64,000 nt of DNA from an uncultured Bacteroidota bacterium (GCA_903837285.1 CAILUD010000010.1:73882-137881), one strand, 5' to 3'. Shown: positions 28,280 to 38,690, counted from the first letter of the stretch. Notes: a model not told the origin generated them from the letters alone. Translations and numbers: made by a program.

Positions 28280-28488
28280 TTTGTCTTTTTTTTGAGGTGG
28301 CAAAAATACAAAAAAGGAAGTAATTTCAATTATACTTCTTAACTAAAAGACTAAAGTTTTAATATTTTTATGATTTCTTATGTTCAGTAAAACAGTTAAA
28401 TAAATTTTTGTTTATAATTAAGCAATAATATTTTATTATCATTCTATTCATTTTTTTACTTTTATAGCAAGAATTAAATTATAACATT

Positions 28489-29310
28489 ATGAAAAATATT
28501 GCATTGTTGTTCTTTGCGTTTAATATGCTTTTAGTAAGTAATTTAAGTGCACTTAATCCTGTTCGCACATATGCCGTAAAACCTTCAGATTTTGGAATGA
28601 AGTACGAAGAAATTAAGATTAAATCTGATGAAGGAATAATGCTTAATGCATGGTATTTTCCATCAAGCCAGACTTCTTATAAAATTATGGTTTTAAGCGA
28701 TGATGGAAATGGAAATATGTCCGATTTAATGGAGCAAGTAAGTGTGTTCTTATCACTTGGTTATCATGTGTTGGCTTATGATTATCGCGGATTTGGCACA
28801 AGTAGTGATTTTGAGATAAAGCCAAATTTTTATATTTATTCACAGTTTCAAAAAGATTTAAATTTTGTAGTTGATTATCTTAAGAAAGAAAAAACAAGTA
28901 TACCAAAAATTCATTTATACGGAGTTGGCATAGGTGCTGGATTATCAATAGCTGTTGGTTCAAATCGAAATTTAGGGACAATAATAGCCGATTCTCCATA
29001 TTCAACTTTTGAATTGGCAAAAACAAGATTAAAAGAAGCTAAAGGTCTTGAAGTACTTGTTCCTTTAGGATACAATAAAACAGAATGTGAGCCAAAATAT
29101 GCACTTGAAAGTAAGGGTGCTCAGTTAAGTGGTGTTCTTTTTATTGTAGGAGATAAAGATTTAGTTTGCAATTTAAAAGACATCAAGGAATTAGCAAAAA
29201 TTAGAAGTAGTATTTCATCTATTTATACCGTTAAAAATAGTAATGGCGATAATAATTTATCGGTTGATAAAGAAAAATATTTGGCTGAAATAAAAGCATT
29301 TTTGAAATAA
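28489..29310 (+). CDS. Secreted alpha/beta-hydrolase-fold protein, apparently lacking the catalytic triad
   Basis: 273 aa. Signal peptide and a fold pattern of LAYDYRGFGTSSD, then HLYGVGIGAG where GxSxG is expected. Confidence 0.6.
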   Translation: MKNIALLFFAFNMLLVSNLSALNPVRTYAVKPSDFGMKYEEIKIKSDEGIMLNAWYFPSSQTSYKIMVLSDDGNGNMSDLMEQVSVFLSLGYHVLAYDYRGFGTSSDFEIKPNFYIYSQFQKDLNFVVDYLKKEKTSIPKIHLYGVGIGAGLSIAVGSNRNLGTIIADSPYSTFELAKTRLKEAKGLEVLVPLGYNKTECEPKYALESKGAQLSGVLFIVGDKDLVCNLKDIKELAKIRSSISSIYTVKNSNGDNNLSVDKEKYLAEIKAFLK

Positions 29311-29347
29311 CAGAACCTTCTTTTAGTTTGAATTTTTATCATTTTTA

Positions 29348-29713
29348 ATGAAGAGGTATTTACAACTTTTTGTAATTATTTTAATCTCATTTTCTTGCAA
29401 GCATAACGACAAAGATACTGCTTGTACTTCAATGTTTGCATCAGTTAGCATTGAGGTTAATGGAGGCACTTTAGATAATTACTACACAATAAGAAGTTCT
29501 ACTGGTGATACTATAAGAATTACTGATGGTGTTTTTCAGAATGCTTATACAGTTTTAAACGATAATTATCAGCAAATGCTTGAAGATAAACAAGAAACAT
29601 TTAAATTTGTTGGTGTAAAATCGGGAATTAAAGTAGTTGACGAGAATTTTATTATTTCAGCCGATAAGTGCCACATTTCAAAAGTCAGTGGCGTAAACAG
29701 TGTTACAATTTAG
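29348..29713 (+). CDS. Hypothetical lipoprotein
   Basis: 121 aa with a lipobox-like LISFSC. I recognised no other motif. Confidence 0.5.
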   Translation: MKRYLQLFVIILISFSCKHNDKDTACTSMFASVSIEVNGGTLDNYYTIRSSTGDTIRITDGVFQNAYTVLNDNYQQMLEDKQETFKFVGVKSGIKVVDENFIISADKCHISKVSGVNSVTI

Positions 29714-29728
29714 AAGTATGATAATGAA

Positions 29729-30214
29729 TTAAGAATTTAGCGATTCTTTATCAAATTCCAGGGGTAGCATGTGTGAAGCATCATCAATGCCATGAATAAA
29801 TTTTTGTCCGATAAAGTATAATTTTATTGGATTCTTTTGTTTGCTCTGACTTTCAGTTATTACCTGACGGCATGATCCGCAGGGATAAACAGGAGAATTT
29901 AATTCTTTATTGTTGTGAAATGCAACTATAGCAATAGCATTTATTGCAACTTTTGGATATTGTGCGTTTGCATAAAAAATAGCAACTCGTTCGGCACAAA
30001 TACCAGAAGGGTATGCAGAATTTTCTTGATTGTTTCCTGTAATTATTTTTCCGTTAGCTAATAAAACTGCTGCACCAACTTTAAATTTTGAATATGGGGC
30101 ATATGCATTATCTGCAGCTTTTTTTGCTTGGATAGCCAGATTTTTAATGTCTTCAGGAAGTTCAGCTTCACCAGAAAATTCTGTAAAAGAAATAGAAATC
30201 TTTTTTTGTTTCAC
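29729..30214 (-). CDS. cdd: Cytidine deaminase
   Basis: 161 aa with a GTG start. Zinc motifs CAERVAI and PCGSCRQV. Confidence 0.9.
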   Translation of the reverse strand: MKQKKISISFTEFSGEAELPEDIKNLAIQAKKAADNAYAPYSKFKVGAAVLLANGKIITGNNQENSAYPSGICAERVAIFYANAQYPKVAINAIAIVAFHNNKELNSPVYPCGSCRQVITESQSKQKNPIKLYFIGQKFIHGIDDASHMLPLEFDKESLNS

Positions 30215-30355
30215 ACTACAAAAGTGTTGATTAATGCACGAAGGTATGAATTATTTATGAAAAAATATTCAATAGCTAAAAGCGTGAACGTTTTTCACAT
30301 AGTTTAAATTTAAAGCAAGCGTTCTCTCATGTTCTAAAACAATTATGAGAACTTG

Positions 30356-32473
30356 CTATTTACAATTTTTGTTTATTAATTCGCTGGCTGCCTGATTGCC
30401 TAACCGTAATGCTGTATTAGCATCTTTACATCCCAAATCTTTTTTATTCATCTGAAAAAACAAAACAGCTCTTCTTAAATAATTTTGCGTGTTGTTTACA
30501 TCTAGTTTAATAGCATTAGAAATGTCATCAATTGCAATAGTAATATTTCCTAATGCAATTTCAATATTGCTTTTGTTTAAATAATAACTGGCATTATTTG
30601 AATTTAATTTTATTGCTGATAACAAGTCTGTTTTTGCTCCAATATAATCTTTTAAAAAATATTTTGTTGTACCTCTGTTAAAATAATAATCGGAATTAGA
30701 GTTATCAATTTCAATTGCTTTGTTATAATCGCTACAAGCTTCATTATGCAAGCTTAATCTGGCTCTTGAATTAGCTCTGTTATACCAGAATAATGCAGTT
30801 TTAGGGTCAATTTCAATTGCTTTTGAATATTGTTTTTCGGCTTCTTTAAAATTACTTTTATCGAAATAAGAGTTTCCTAACAAATTATAAGATAATGCAT
30901 TTTTATCTCCATTTGCAATAGAGTTTTGAATTTCTTTTTCGGCTAATTCATTTTTTCCTAGTTTTTGAAAACATAGAATCCTGTTTAATCTTAAGTTTTT
31001 ATCATTTGGCATTAATGTCAATGCTGTATTATAATCGGCAATTGCAGCGTTATAATCTCCAAGCATATATAAAACATATCCTCGATTAGCCAATGCTTCG
31101 TAAAAAGAGGGATCTGTTGTTATTATTTTATTGTAATTTGAAAGTGCATCTGTAAATTTGCCGTCATCGCGAAATGCATTTCCTTGATTTAATAATGGAA
31201 CTAAAGCTCCTGGATATTTGTTAATAACATTATCCCAAAGTGTTAAGCTGTTTTTCCATGTTTTATTTCTGTTAAAAGTTGTTGCTCCCAGAATTACAAT
31301 AATTATTAAAATTATTACTTTCGAAATTGTAGTAATTCCTTTTTCTGTTGCTTTAAACTTGACTAAATAGTTACTAAAAATATAAAACAATCCTATTGAA
31401 GCAACATAAGTATATCTATCGGCAATATAATACGAGCTTGCTATTAGATTGAAAAACTTTAGAAAAAGAAAAATATTAGTAGCAAAAAATAACAAACCAA
31501 ATATTATTAATCGATTATTATTTTTCCAGTTATACCATATTAATCCTATAAACACAAAAATAAAAACCCAACCAATAAAGAAATATGCAGGATAATTACT
31601 AATTACAAAAGGATAAAATGCCGATAAACCATAAGGAATAATTGTTAATAAGAAATATTTAAAAAACCCCCATGCTCCATACATTAAATTTGCATCTATG
31701 GGAACAGCTTCTGATGTAATAGGAATTACTTTTGTCTGTGCCATTACCGTTATTATGCCAAATGTTATTGAAAGTAAAAAGAAAGGGATTTTTTCGAAAA
31801 TATTTTTTTTAGAGAGAAGCTTTCTTCCATTTAAATAATCAATTAAAATTAAAATTACTGGTAAAATTATTGCCGGAGATTTTGATAAAATTGAGATAAT
31901 AAAGAGCAATAATGAAGCAAAATAAAATAGTATTTTTTCTTTGCTTAGAAATCTTAGATATGCTAATAATGAACATAAAAAGAAAAAAGTGTAAAGCACG
32001 TTTTTTCGTTCGGTAACCCATGCAACAGATTCAACAGAAAGGGGATGTATTCCGAATAATAAAGCAGTAACTAATGCAATCTGCCACTGTTTTGATAACT
32101 CTTTTATAAACAAAAAAACTAAACTTACATTTAATAAGTGAATTAAAAGATTGGTAAAATGGTATCCAAAGGGATTTAATTCAGAAAAAGAATAATTAAT
32201 AGCTAACGAAATCCATGTTAAAGGATGATAATGCCCGTTGTGAAACTCACCGAATATTGCTTTTAAATTTTCAATTCCTAATCCTTTTATAAAGTCGTTT
32301 TTTGTAATATAAGAAGGATCATCCCAATTTGTAAAATCATTAAATAATGAGGGAAAATATACTATAACAATTAAACCTAAAACTCCCAAAAACCAGTATT
32401 TTTCGTAACTTTTAGAAGGTGAAAATTTAGTTATTACTTTTGGTTTGGTCTTATTTATTTTATTTCTGCTCAC
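30356..32473 (-). CDS. Polytopic membrane protein with C-terminal TPR repeats (TMTC/PMT_2-like glycosyltransferase architecture)
   Basis: 705 aa with a GTG start. About 11 TM segments in the N-terminal 400 aa, then at least 7 TPR units. Confidence 0.6.
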   Translation of the reverse strand: MSRNKINKTKPKVITKFSPSKSYEKYWFLGVLGLIVIVYFPSLFNDFTNWDDPSYITKNDFIKGLGIENLKAIFGEFHNGHYHPLTWISLAINYSFSELNPFGYHFTNLLIHLLNVSLVFLFIKELSKQWQIALVTALLFGIHPLSVESVAWVTERKNVLYTFFFLCSLLAYLRFLSKEKILFYFASLLLFIISILSKSPAIILPVILILIDYLNGRKLLSKKNIFEKIPFFLLSITFGIITVMAQTKVIPITSEAVPIDANLMYGAWGFFKYFLLTIIPYGLSAFYPFVISNYPAYFFIGWVFIFVFIGLIWYNWKNNNRLIIFGLLFFATNIFLFLKFFNLIASSYYIADRYTYVASIGLFYIFSNYLVKFKATEKGITTISKVIILIIIVILGATTFNRNKTWKNSLTLWDNVINKYPGALVPLLNQGNAFRDDGKFTDALSNYNKIITTDPSFYEALANRGYVLYMLGDYNAAIADYNTALTLMPNDKNLRLNRILCFQKLGKNELAEKEIQNSIANGDKNALSYNLLGNSYFDKSNFKEAEKQYSKAIEIDPKTALFWYNRANSRARLSLHNEACSDYNKAIEIDNSNSDYYFNRGTTKYFLKDYIGAKTDLLSAIKLNSNNASYYLNKSNIEIALGNITIAIDDISNAIKLDVNNTQNYLRRAVLFFQMNKKDLGCKDANTALRLGNQAASELINKNCK

Positions 32474-32620
32474 GATGTAAAATTAAAATAAAAAACTGTA
32501 AAGAATAAAAATAATTATATTTCATATTTTAAGTGTATTCATAAAAAAACAGCATCCTAAATGTTTATCTATGAAGAAAAACTCTTTAAAAAACACAATA
32601 TAAAAAGATAAATATTATAA

Positions 32621-32695
32621 TCTTCGACCCCAATAGGGGTCGCATGTTTATAGCAATTTAATTGCTATAAACGTTTGACTCCAGAGGAGTCTAAC
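32621..32695 (+). repeat. Three-hairpin dispersed element, copy 2
   Basis: CGACCCC/GGGGTCG (32625-32642), TTTATAGCAA/TTGCTATAAA (32647-32671) and GACTCC/GGAGTC (32677-32691). Confidence 0.8.
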
Positions 32696-32837
32696 AATTT
32701 AAAAGAAAAAGTAATTGGTAGTGTTATTTTGGCGTAAATGTTCTTGTATAATAGAGTCTTGAATTTGTTAAGAATGTAAAAAAAATATGTTATCTTTTTT
32801 ATTTTATTTCTTAAATTCGCATAAATATGAATAATTC

Positions 32838-33425
32838 ATGAACAAAGAATTCGAACTTTTAAGAAAAGAAATAGCTGTTTGTCAGAAATGCCCTTTGGCC
32901 GAAGGCAGAACAAATGTGGTTTTTGGCGAAGGTCCGTTTAGTTCTAAAATAGTATGTATTGGTGAAGGTCCTGGTCGCGATGAAGACATTAAAGCCAGAC
33001 CATTTGTTGGTCGTTCGGGTCAATTGCTTGATAAAATTTTAGTCGAATTTGGTTTTTCAAGAGAAGAAAATGTATTTATTGGGAATATTGTTAAATGCAG
33101 GCCGCCCGATAATCGTGCCCCTAAACCATTAGAAAGAGCAGCATGTATTCCTTTTTTGTTAAAGCAAATTGAACTTATTCAGCCAAAGATTATAATTCTT
33201 TTAGGTGCAACAGCATTAAATGGCTTAGTTGATCCCAAATTAAAAATCACAAAAGTGCGTGGAAACTGGATTGAATGGAATGGTTGTCTGGCAATGCCAA
33301 CATTTCATCCGGCTGCTATATTAAGAAATCCGAATTTGAAAAAAGAATCGCGTGAAGATTTTGGTAAAGTAGTTGAGAAATATCGTGAATTGGTAAATCC
33401 TAATCACAAAGCTGAATATTGTTAG
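32838..33425 (+). CDS. Uracil-DNA glycosylase, family 4
   Basis: 195 aa. CQKCPL Fe-S Cys, motif A GEGPGRDED, motif B HPAAILRNP. Confidence 0.9.
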   Translation: MNKEFELLRKEIAVCQKCPLAEGRTNVVFGEGPFSSKIVCIGEGPGRDEDIKARPFVGRSGQLLDKILVEFGFSREENVFIGNIVKCRPPDNRAPKPLERAACIPFLLKQIELIQPKIIILLGATALNGLVDPKLKITKVRGNWIEWNGCLAMPTFHPAAILRNPNLKKESREDFGKVVEKYRELVNPNHKAEYC

Positions 33426-34006
33426 GGGTTTTCTGGAAAAGGCACTATTCCATTAAAACTATTCATTGTATTTTGAATTCCTGCAAAACCAAAATTTAAT
33501 GTAGCCAACCTCATTTTTTCAATACAAATAGGTAATGTTTTATTTTCTTCGGAACTAAATTCACTTAAAACATAATCGGCTTGTTTTCCTCTCGAAAAAT
33601 CGTTGCCAACGCCAAAGCGCATTCTTGCATAATTTTGGTTACCAAGCATTTCGTCAATGCTTTTTAGTCCGTTATGCCCGCCATTACTTCCATTTGCTCT
33701 AATTCTAATAGTTGCATAAGGTAAAGCAATATCATCTAATATAACAAGTAATTTATCAGGAGTAATTTTTTCTTTTTCGAGCCAGAATTTTACTGCTTTT
33801 CCGCTTAAATTCATGTAGGTTGTAGGTTTAATCAGAATGTAGGTTCTGCCTTTTGATTTTAATGTTGCAGTATAACTATGTCTTCCACTTTCAAAAACAA
33901 GATTGGACGCCTTTGCAAGGGCGTCCAATACCATAAATCCAATATTATGTCTTGTGTCGGAATATTCCGGTCCAATATTTCCTAAACCTGCAATTAAATA
34001 TTTCAA
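33422..34006 (-). CDS. pth: Peptidyl-tRNA hydrolase
   Basis: 194 aa with N-terminus (M)KYLIAGLGNIG...TRHNIGF. The start is TTG, and there is no in-frame ATG between it and the upstream stop. Confidence 0.9.
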   Translation of the reverse strand: MKYLIAGLGNIGPEYSDTRHNIGFMVLDALAKASNLVFESGRHSYTATLKSKGRTYILIKPTTYMNLSGKAVKFWLEKEKITPDKLLVILDDIALPYATIRIRANGSNGGHNGLKSIDEMLGNQNYARMRFGVGNDFSRGKQADYVLSEFSSEENKTLPICIEKMRLATLNFGFAGIQNTMNSFNGIVPFPENP

Positions 34007-34027
34007 ATGCCTAGGAATTAGAATGTA

Positions 34028-34657
34028 TTATTTTTTTGCTGGAGCAGCAGCAGCAGCTGGAGCAGCAGCACCTTCAACAGCAGCAGCACCAGGAACAGCT
34101 TCAGCTTCTTTAGCAGCTCTTGTTACTCTTACTGAAGCAACATTTTTATTAGGCATTTCAGATATTACTAAGTTATCAAGTTTAATATCTGCTACTCTAA
34201 TTGAAGTTGCGATTTTAAGATTTGTAACATCAATTTGAATTTCTTCAATAAAATGTTTTAATAATCCTGTAACAGCAAGACGACGGGCATCCTGAAAAAG
34301 TTTACCACCTTCTTGAACGCCAATTGCAAAACCGTTAAGTTTTACTGGAATTGATACAGTAATTGGTTTGTCATCAGAAATATTCAGAAAATCTATATGA
34401 AGAATTTTATCTGATACTGGATGAAACTGAATATCTTTTACAATAGCTTTATGCTCTTTTCCGTCGATATTTAGTTTTGCATAATAAACATTTGATGTAT
34501 AAATCAAATGACGAAATTCACTTTCAATAGCTGAAAAATGAATGTTTTTTTCTGTTCCGTAAAGAACACAAGGGATTGATTCTTCTCTGCGTAATAGTTT
34601 AGCAGATTTTTTTCCAACGTTTTCGCGCAATTTAGCGCTGATTTCAATTGCTTTCAT
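34028..34657 (-). CDS. rplY: 50S ribosomal protein L25/general stress protein Ctc
   Basis: 209 aa. The L25 N-terminal domain (GKKSAKLLRREESIPCVLYG) plus the Ctc beta-domain, with an Ala-rich C-terminal tail. Confidence 0.9.
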   Translation of the reverse strand: MKAIEISAKLRENVGKKSAKLLRREESIPCVLYGTEKNIHFSAIESEFRHLIYTSNVYYAKLNIDGKEHKAIVKDIQFHPVSDKILHIDFLNISDDKPITVSIPVKLNGFAIGVQEGGKLFQDARRLAVTGLLKHFIEEIQIDVTNLKIATSIRVADIKLDNLVISEMPNKNVASVRVTRAAKEAEAVPGAAAVEGAAAPAAAAAPAKK

Positions 34658-34784
34658 TTTTTAATGTTTTGTGTTACTCAAAATTAATGTCCTGTTTACC
34701 CTAGACTTAACTTCCCATTACACTGAAAATAGAGGTCTAAAAAGGGACTGCAAATGTACAAAAAGATTTTAATAATAAGTTCTT

Positions 34785-35726
34785 TTATACAATAAAATTA
34801 GAACTTATTGATTGGTAGTTATATACTTTGTTTATAATGTCGGCAAAAAGGTCGGCAATTGTAATTACTCTTATTTTTGGTGATTCACCTCTTAATGGAA
34901 TAGAATCGCTTACAAGTAACTCGGTAATAACAGAATTGTTAATTCTTTCGTAAGCTTTTCCGGAAAGTACAGGATGTGTTGCAACAACCCTAACGCTTTT
35001 TGCTCCACGGCCCATCATCATTTCGGCAGCTAAGCAAACTGTTCCAGCTGTATCAATCATATCATCAACAATAACTACATTTTTATTCTCAACATCACCA
35101 ATAACTGTAATGTGATCAACAATATTTGCTTGTTTTCTTAATTTGTAACAAATTGCCATTTCGGCACCTAAGAATCTTGCATATGCATTAGCACGTTTGG
35201 TTCCGCCCATATCTGGAGCAGCAACAACTAAATCGGGAATATTTAAATTTTTAATATAAGGAACAAATAAAGCTGAAGCGTAAATATGATCTACCTGAAT
35301 ATTAAAGAATCCTTGAATCTGATCAGCATGCAAATCCATTGTCATTACTCGATTAACGCCAGCAACATTTAGCATATCTGCAACTACCTTTGCTCCAATA
35401 GAAACGCGTGGTTTATCTTTTCTATCTTGTCTGGCCCAACCAAAATATGGCATTACCGCAATTACTTCTAATGCTGATGCTCTTCTTGCTGCATCTGCCA
35501 TAAGCATTAGTTCCATTAAATTATCCAGAGGAGGAAAAGTAGATTGAATAATAAAAACCTTACATCCACGAACTGTTTCTTCAAATGAAGGTTGAAATTC
35601 GCCATCGCTAAATACAGTTACAGTTGATTTTCCTAATTCTGTTCCGAATTTTTGTGCTATTTTTTCTGCAATGTATCTTGATTCACGACCAGCGAAAAAT
35701 TTAACAGGAGGTTTGCCCATTGACAT
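34785..35726 (-). CDS. prs: Ribose-phosphate pyrophosphokinase
   Basis: Typical Prs motifs (MPYFGWARQDRK, DLHADQIQGFF, VDDMIDTAGT). The track start is a TTG at 35753; ATGs at 35726 or 35720 are more likely. Confidence 0.9.
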   Translation of the reverse strand: MSMGKPPVKFFAGRESRYIAEKIAQKFGTELGKSTVTVFSDGEFQPSFEETVRGCKVFIIQSTFPPLDNLMELMLMADAARRASALEVIAVMPYFGWARQDRKDKPRVSIGAKVVADMLNVAGVNRVMTMDLHADQIQGFFNIQVDHIYASALFVPYIKNLNIPDLVVAAPDMGGTKRANAYARFLGAEMAICYKLRKQANIVDHITVIGDVENKNVVIVDDMIDTAGTVCLAAEMMMGRGAKSVRVVATHPVLSGKAYERINNSVITELLVSDSIPLRGESPKIRVITIADLFADIINKVYNYQSISSNFIV

Positions 35727-35786
35727 ATTAAAATTTTTAGAGGAGTTTGGCAAAAATAATAAAAAAAACGAGGTTGATTTTTTAAA

Positions 35787-36401
35787 TCAAATGTTTTTAT
35801 CAAAATTCCATTCACCGTTCGTTTTCTCAATTAAATCAAGTATTTCGTCGCGACCAACTGCTGTTTTCGACGATGAGAGGAAGTGTGTTGGTAACTCTTC
35901 CCATGTTTCGCTAAGCTCTTTTTTTAATTGTTTAATATGTTTCTCAACATTTAGCTTCGAGATTTTATCTGTTTTAGTTGAAATAATAACAAATGGAATT
36001 CCTTGAAATCCCAAATTATTTATAAACTCCATGTCAATTTTTTGTGGTTCTAATCGCGAATCGACTAAAACAAAAAGGCAGGCAAGGTTTTTTCTTTTTG
36101 CAAGATATTCATCAATAAATTTACCCCATTTTGCAATTTCCTTTTTCGAAGCAGAGGCATATCCATAACCTGGCAAATCAACTAAATACCAGTATTTATT
36201 TATAAGAAAGTGATTAATTAATCTGGTTTTACCCGGCTTTACTGCTGTTTTTGCTAAACTGGTTCTATTAACCAACATATTTATTAATGACGATTTTCCA
36301 ACATTAGATCTGCCAATAAAAGCAAATTCGGGAGCAGTGGTTTTTGGACAAAGTTCAAGTGAGGGACTACTTTTTACAAATTCGGCAGATGTGATAATCA
36401 T
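35787..36401 (-). CDS. engB: Ribosome biogenesis GTPase YsxC/EngB
   Basis: 204 aa. G1 GRSNVGKSSLIN, G3 DLPGYG, G4 TKTDK. Confidence 0.9.
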   Translation of the reverse strand: MIITSAEFVKSSPSLELCPKTTAPEFAFIGRSNVGKSSLINMLVNRTSLAKTAVKPGKTRLINHFLINKYWYLVDLPGYGYASASKKEIAKWGKFIDEYLAKRKNLACLFVLVDSRLEPQKIDMEFINNLGFQGIPFVIISTKTDKISKLNVEKHIKQLKKELSETWEELPTHFLSSSKTAVGRDEILDLIEKTNGEWNFDKNI

Positions 36402-36563
36402 ATTTTTAAAATTGATTTTCCTTATAATTAAAGGAGATACAAATTAACACATTTTTTATAGGGAAAGCAAAAGGGGATTAAATGTAGTATTTTAACTTTA
36501 AAATATTACTTTCGAATTTTAAAACTGTCATTTATTTAGTTTTAATTATTTAAAATTTATCAA

Positions 36564-37610
36564 ATGCGTATTTCTGGATTAGACTTTTTGAGGGGAATTG
36601 CTGTGCTACTTGTTATATTTAGGCATGAAACTGTTGATAATATTTTATTTAATGTTGGCTGGGTTGGTGTTGATTTGTTTTTTGTTTTAAGTGGATTTTT
36701 AATAGCAGGGTTAGTTTTCAAGGAATATTTAAATAATAAAAAAGTTAATGTAACAAGGTTTTTAATAAGAAGAGGTTTTAAGATTTATCCACCGTTCTAC
36801 TTTTTTATATTTGTTACAATTGTTGTAAACTATATAGAAACAGGAGGTTTTTATAGTATAGAAAAAATATTAAATGAGGTATTTTATTTGCAAAGCTATA
36901 GGGAAGGCCTTTGTTATCATACATGGTCGTTGGCTATAGAGGAGCATTTCTACATTGGCTTAGCTATATTTATTTTTGTTATTATAAAAACAAAGCTTAT
37001 TGAAAAGAAAGGATTTATTGGATATTTTATGGTGAGTATGCTTATACTTTCATTTTTAATGAGGTTTTATATATCATATCCACATAGTGAGGAACCATTT
37101 TTCCCATTTGCCGGTACACATTTGAGAATGGATGGAATTTTGGTAGGAGTTTTAGCTGCATATTTATATTATTTTACAGATTTTTATAAACTATTTACTA
37201 AATATAAATATTGGTTTTTGGGATTTTCGTGCATATTAATTAGTCCTATTTTCTTTTTTTTAGGAGGAAGTTATTTCTCAAATACAGTAGGACTTACAAG
37301 TTTTAATTTGGGATTTGGTATATTAGTTTTATTTAGTTTGAAAGGCTTTAAGGTTCGTAACAAATTTGTTTTGCCAATAACTAAAGTACCCTTTGTTATA
37401 ATCTGTTTTATTGGAGTTCATTCATATTCAGTTTACTTGTGGCATTTGATGTGCGAAAAGATTGTTAAATTAATAGATTTTGATCAGCAGTATTATTTAT
37501 TGGTGTTTTTAGCAATAGCTTTACCTTTTGGTGTTATGATGTCTTATCTAATAGAAAGGCCATTTCTAAAATTAAGAGATTACGTATATAGAGAAAGAAA
37601 ATCAACCTAA
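36564..37610 (+). CDS. Acyltransferase family 3 membrane protein (O-acyltransferase)
   Basis: 348 aa with about 10 TM segments. The N-terminus LDFLRGIAVLLVIFRH and WSLAIEEHFY are typical of Acyl_transf_3. Confidence 0.8.
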   Translation: MRISGLDFLRGIAVLLVIFRHETVDNILFNVGWVGVDLFFVLSGFLIAGLVFKEYLNNKKVNVTRFLIRRGFKIYPPFYFFIFVTIVVNYIETGGFYSIEKILNEVFYLQSYREGLCYHTWSLAIEEHFYIGLAIFIFVIIKTKLIEKKGFIGYFMVSMLILSFLMRFYISYPHSEEPFFPFAGTHLRMDGILVGVLAAYLYYFTDFYKLFTKYKYWFLGFSCILISPIFFFLGGSYFSNTVGLTSFNLGFGILVLFSLKGFKVRNKFVLPITKVPFVIICFIGVHSYSVYLWHLMCEKIVKLIDFDQQYYLLVFLAIALPFGVMMSYLIERPFLKLRDYVYRERKST

Positions 37611-37674
37611 AATCGAATTAATTCTTCATAATTATATGAAGTGGAAAGCAAATTAACTTATTTGAAATAAAGTT

Positions 37675-38649
37675 TTAGGCGATATAAACTTCTAATATTT
37701 TCGCATTATTATTCGGTTTAATTGAAAGTTCTTTTAATTCCGCTGGAATTAAAATTGTTTCGCCAGTTTTTAGTGATACTGTTTTGTCTTCGTAACAAAT
37801 CTCAATATTTCCTTCGATACATATATAAATAACAAATGAATCAATATCCAGATAATCTCTTTGTAATGGTTTATTTAATTCAATAATGTTAGTTGTAAAA
37901 AATTCGCAATTGGCAAGGTTTAGCGAGTCATTAAGAATTGGTTTAAATTCTCTGCGAAATTCCTCTTTACCTTCAAAATTTATTGCATCAATAGCCAGCT
38001 CTGTGTGTAGGTCGCGCAGGTTGCCTTTGTCGTCTAATCTGTCCCAGTCGTAAATTCTATAGGTAACATCAGAAGTTTGTTGTATTTCTGCTAACAATAT
38101 ACCCGAACCAATTGCATGAACTTTTCCGGCTGGAATAAAAAATACATCACCGGCTTTTACTTTTTCAATATTTAAAATGCTTTTTAACGTTTTTTCTTCA
38201 AGGTGTTTTAAATAAATTGTTTTGTCAATTGTTTTATCGAAACCTGAGATAAGTTCTGATCCTTTATCTGCCTGAATAACATACCACATCTCTGTTTTTC
38301 CAAATGCTTCGTGCCTTTCTTGTGCAAGCTTGTCATCAGGGTGAACTTGAATAGAAAGTACATCGTTAGCATCAATAAATTTTATTAATAAAGGAAATTC
38401 CAATCCGTATTTTTCATAAACTTTTTCGCCAACTAAATCGGACATGTAAATCTCAATTAATTCTGATAAAGTATTACCTTCAAGAAAACCATTTGTAACT
38501 ACGGATTCGTCGCCTGCTATGCCAGATATTTCCCATGATTCGCCACAGTTTGGAATATTGCCAAAGTCTTTATTTAGTATAGTTTTTATTTTGTTACCAC
38601 CCCAGATTTTATCTTTAAAAATAGGTGTGAACTTTAAGGGATAAAGCAT
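37675..38649 (-). CDS. Type I phosphomannose isomerase
   Basis: 324 aa. N-terminus PLKFTPIFKDKIWGG and cupin metal ligands (QVHPDD, ETEMWYV-like KTEMWYV, HAIG). Confidence 0.8.
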   Translation of the reverse strand: MLYPLKFTPIFKDKIWGGNKIKTILNKDFGNIPNCGESWEISGIAGDESVVTNGFLEGNTLSELIEIYMSDLVGEKVYEKYGLEFPLLIKFIDANDVLSIQVHPDDKLAQERHEAFGKTEMWYVIQADKGSELISGFDKTIDKTIYLKHLEEKTLKSILNIEKVKAGDVFFIPAGKVHAIGSGILLAEIQQTSDVTYRIYDWDRLDDKGNLRDLHTELAIDAINFEGKEEFRREFKPILNDSLNLANCEFFTTNIIELNKPLQRDYLDIDSFVIYICIEGNIEICYEDKTVSLKTGETILIPAELKELSIKPNNNAKILEVYIA

Positions 38650-38690
38650 GATTAGAAGTTTGATTTTTTATTCAGTGTAAAATTACTTAT

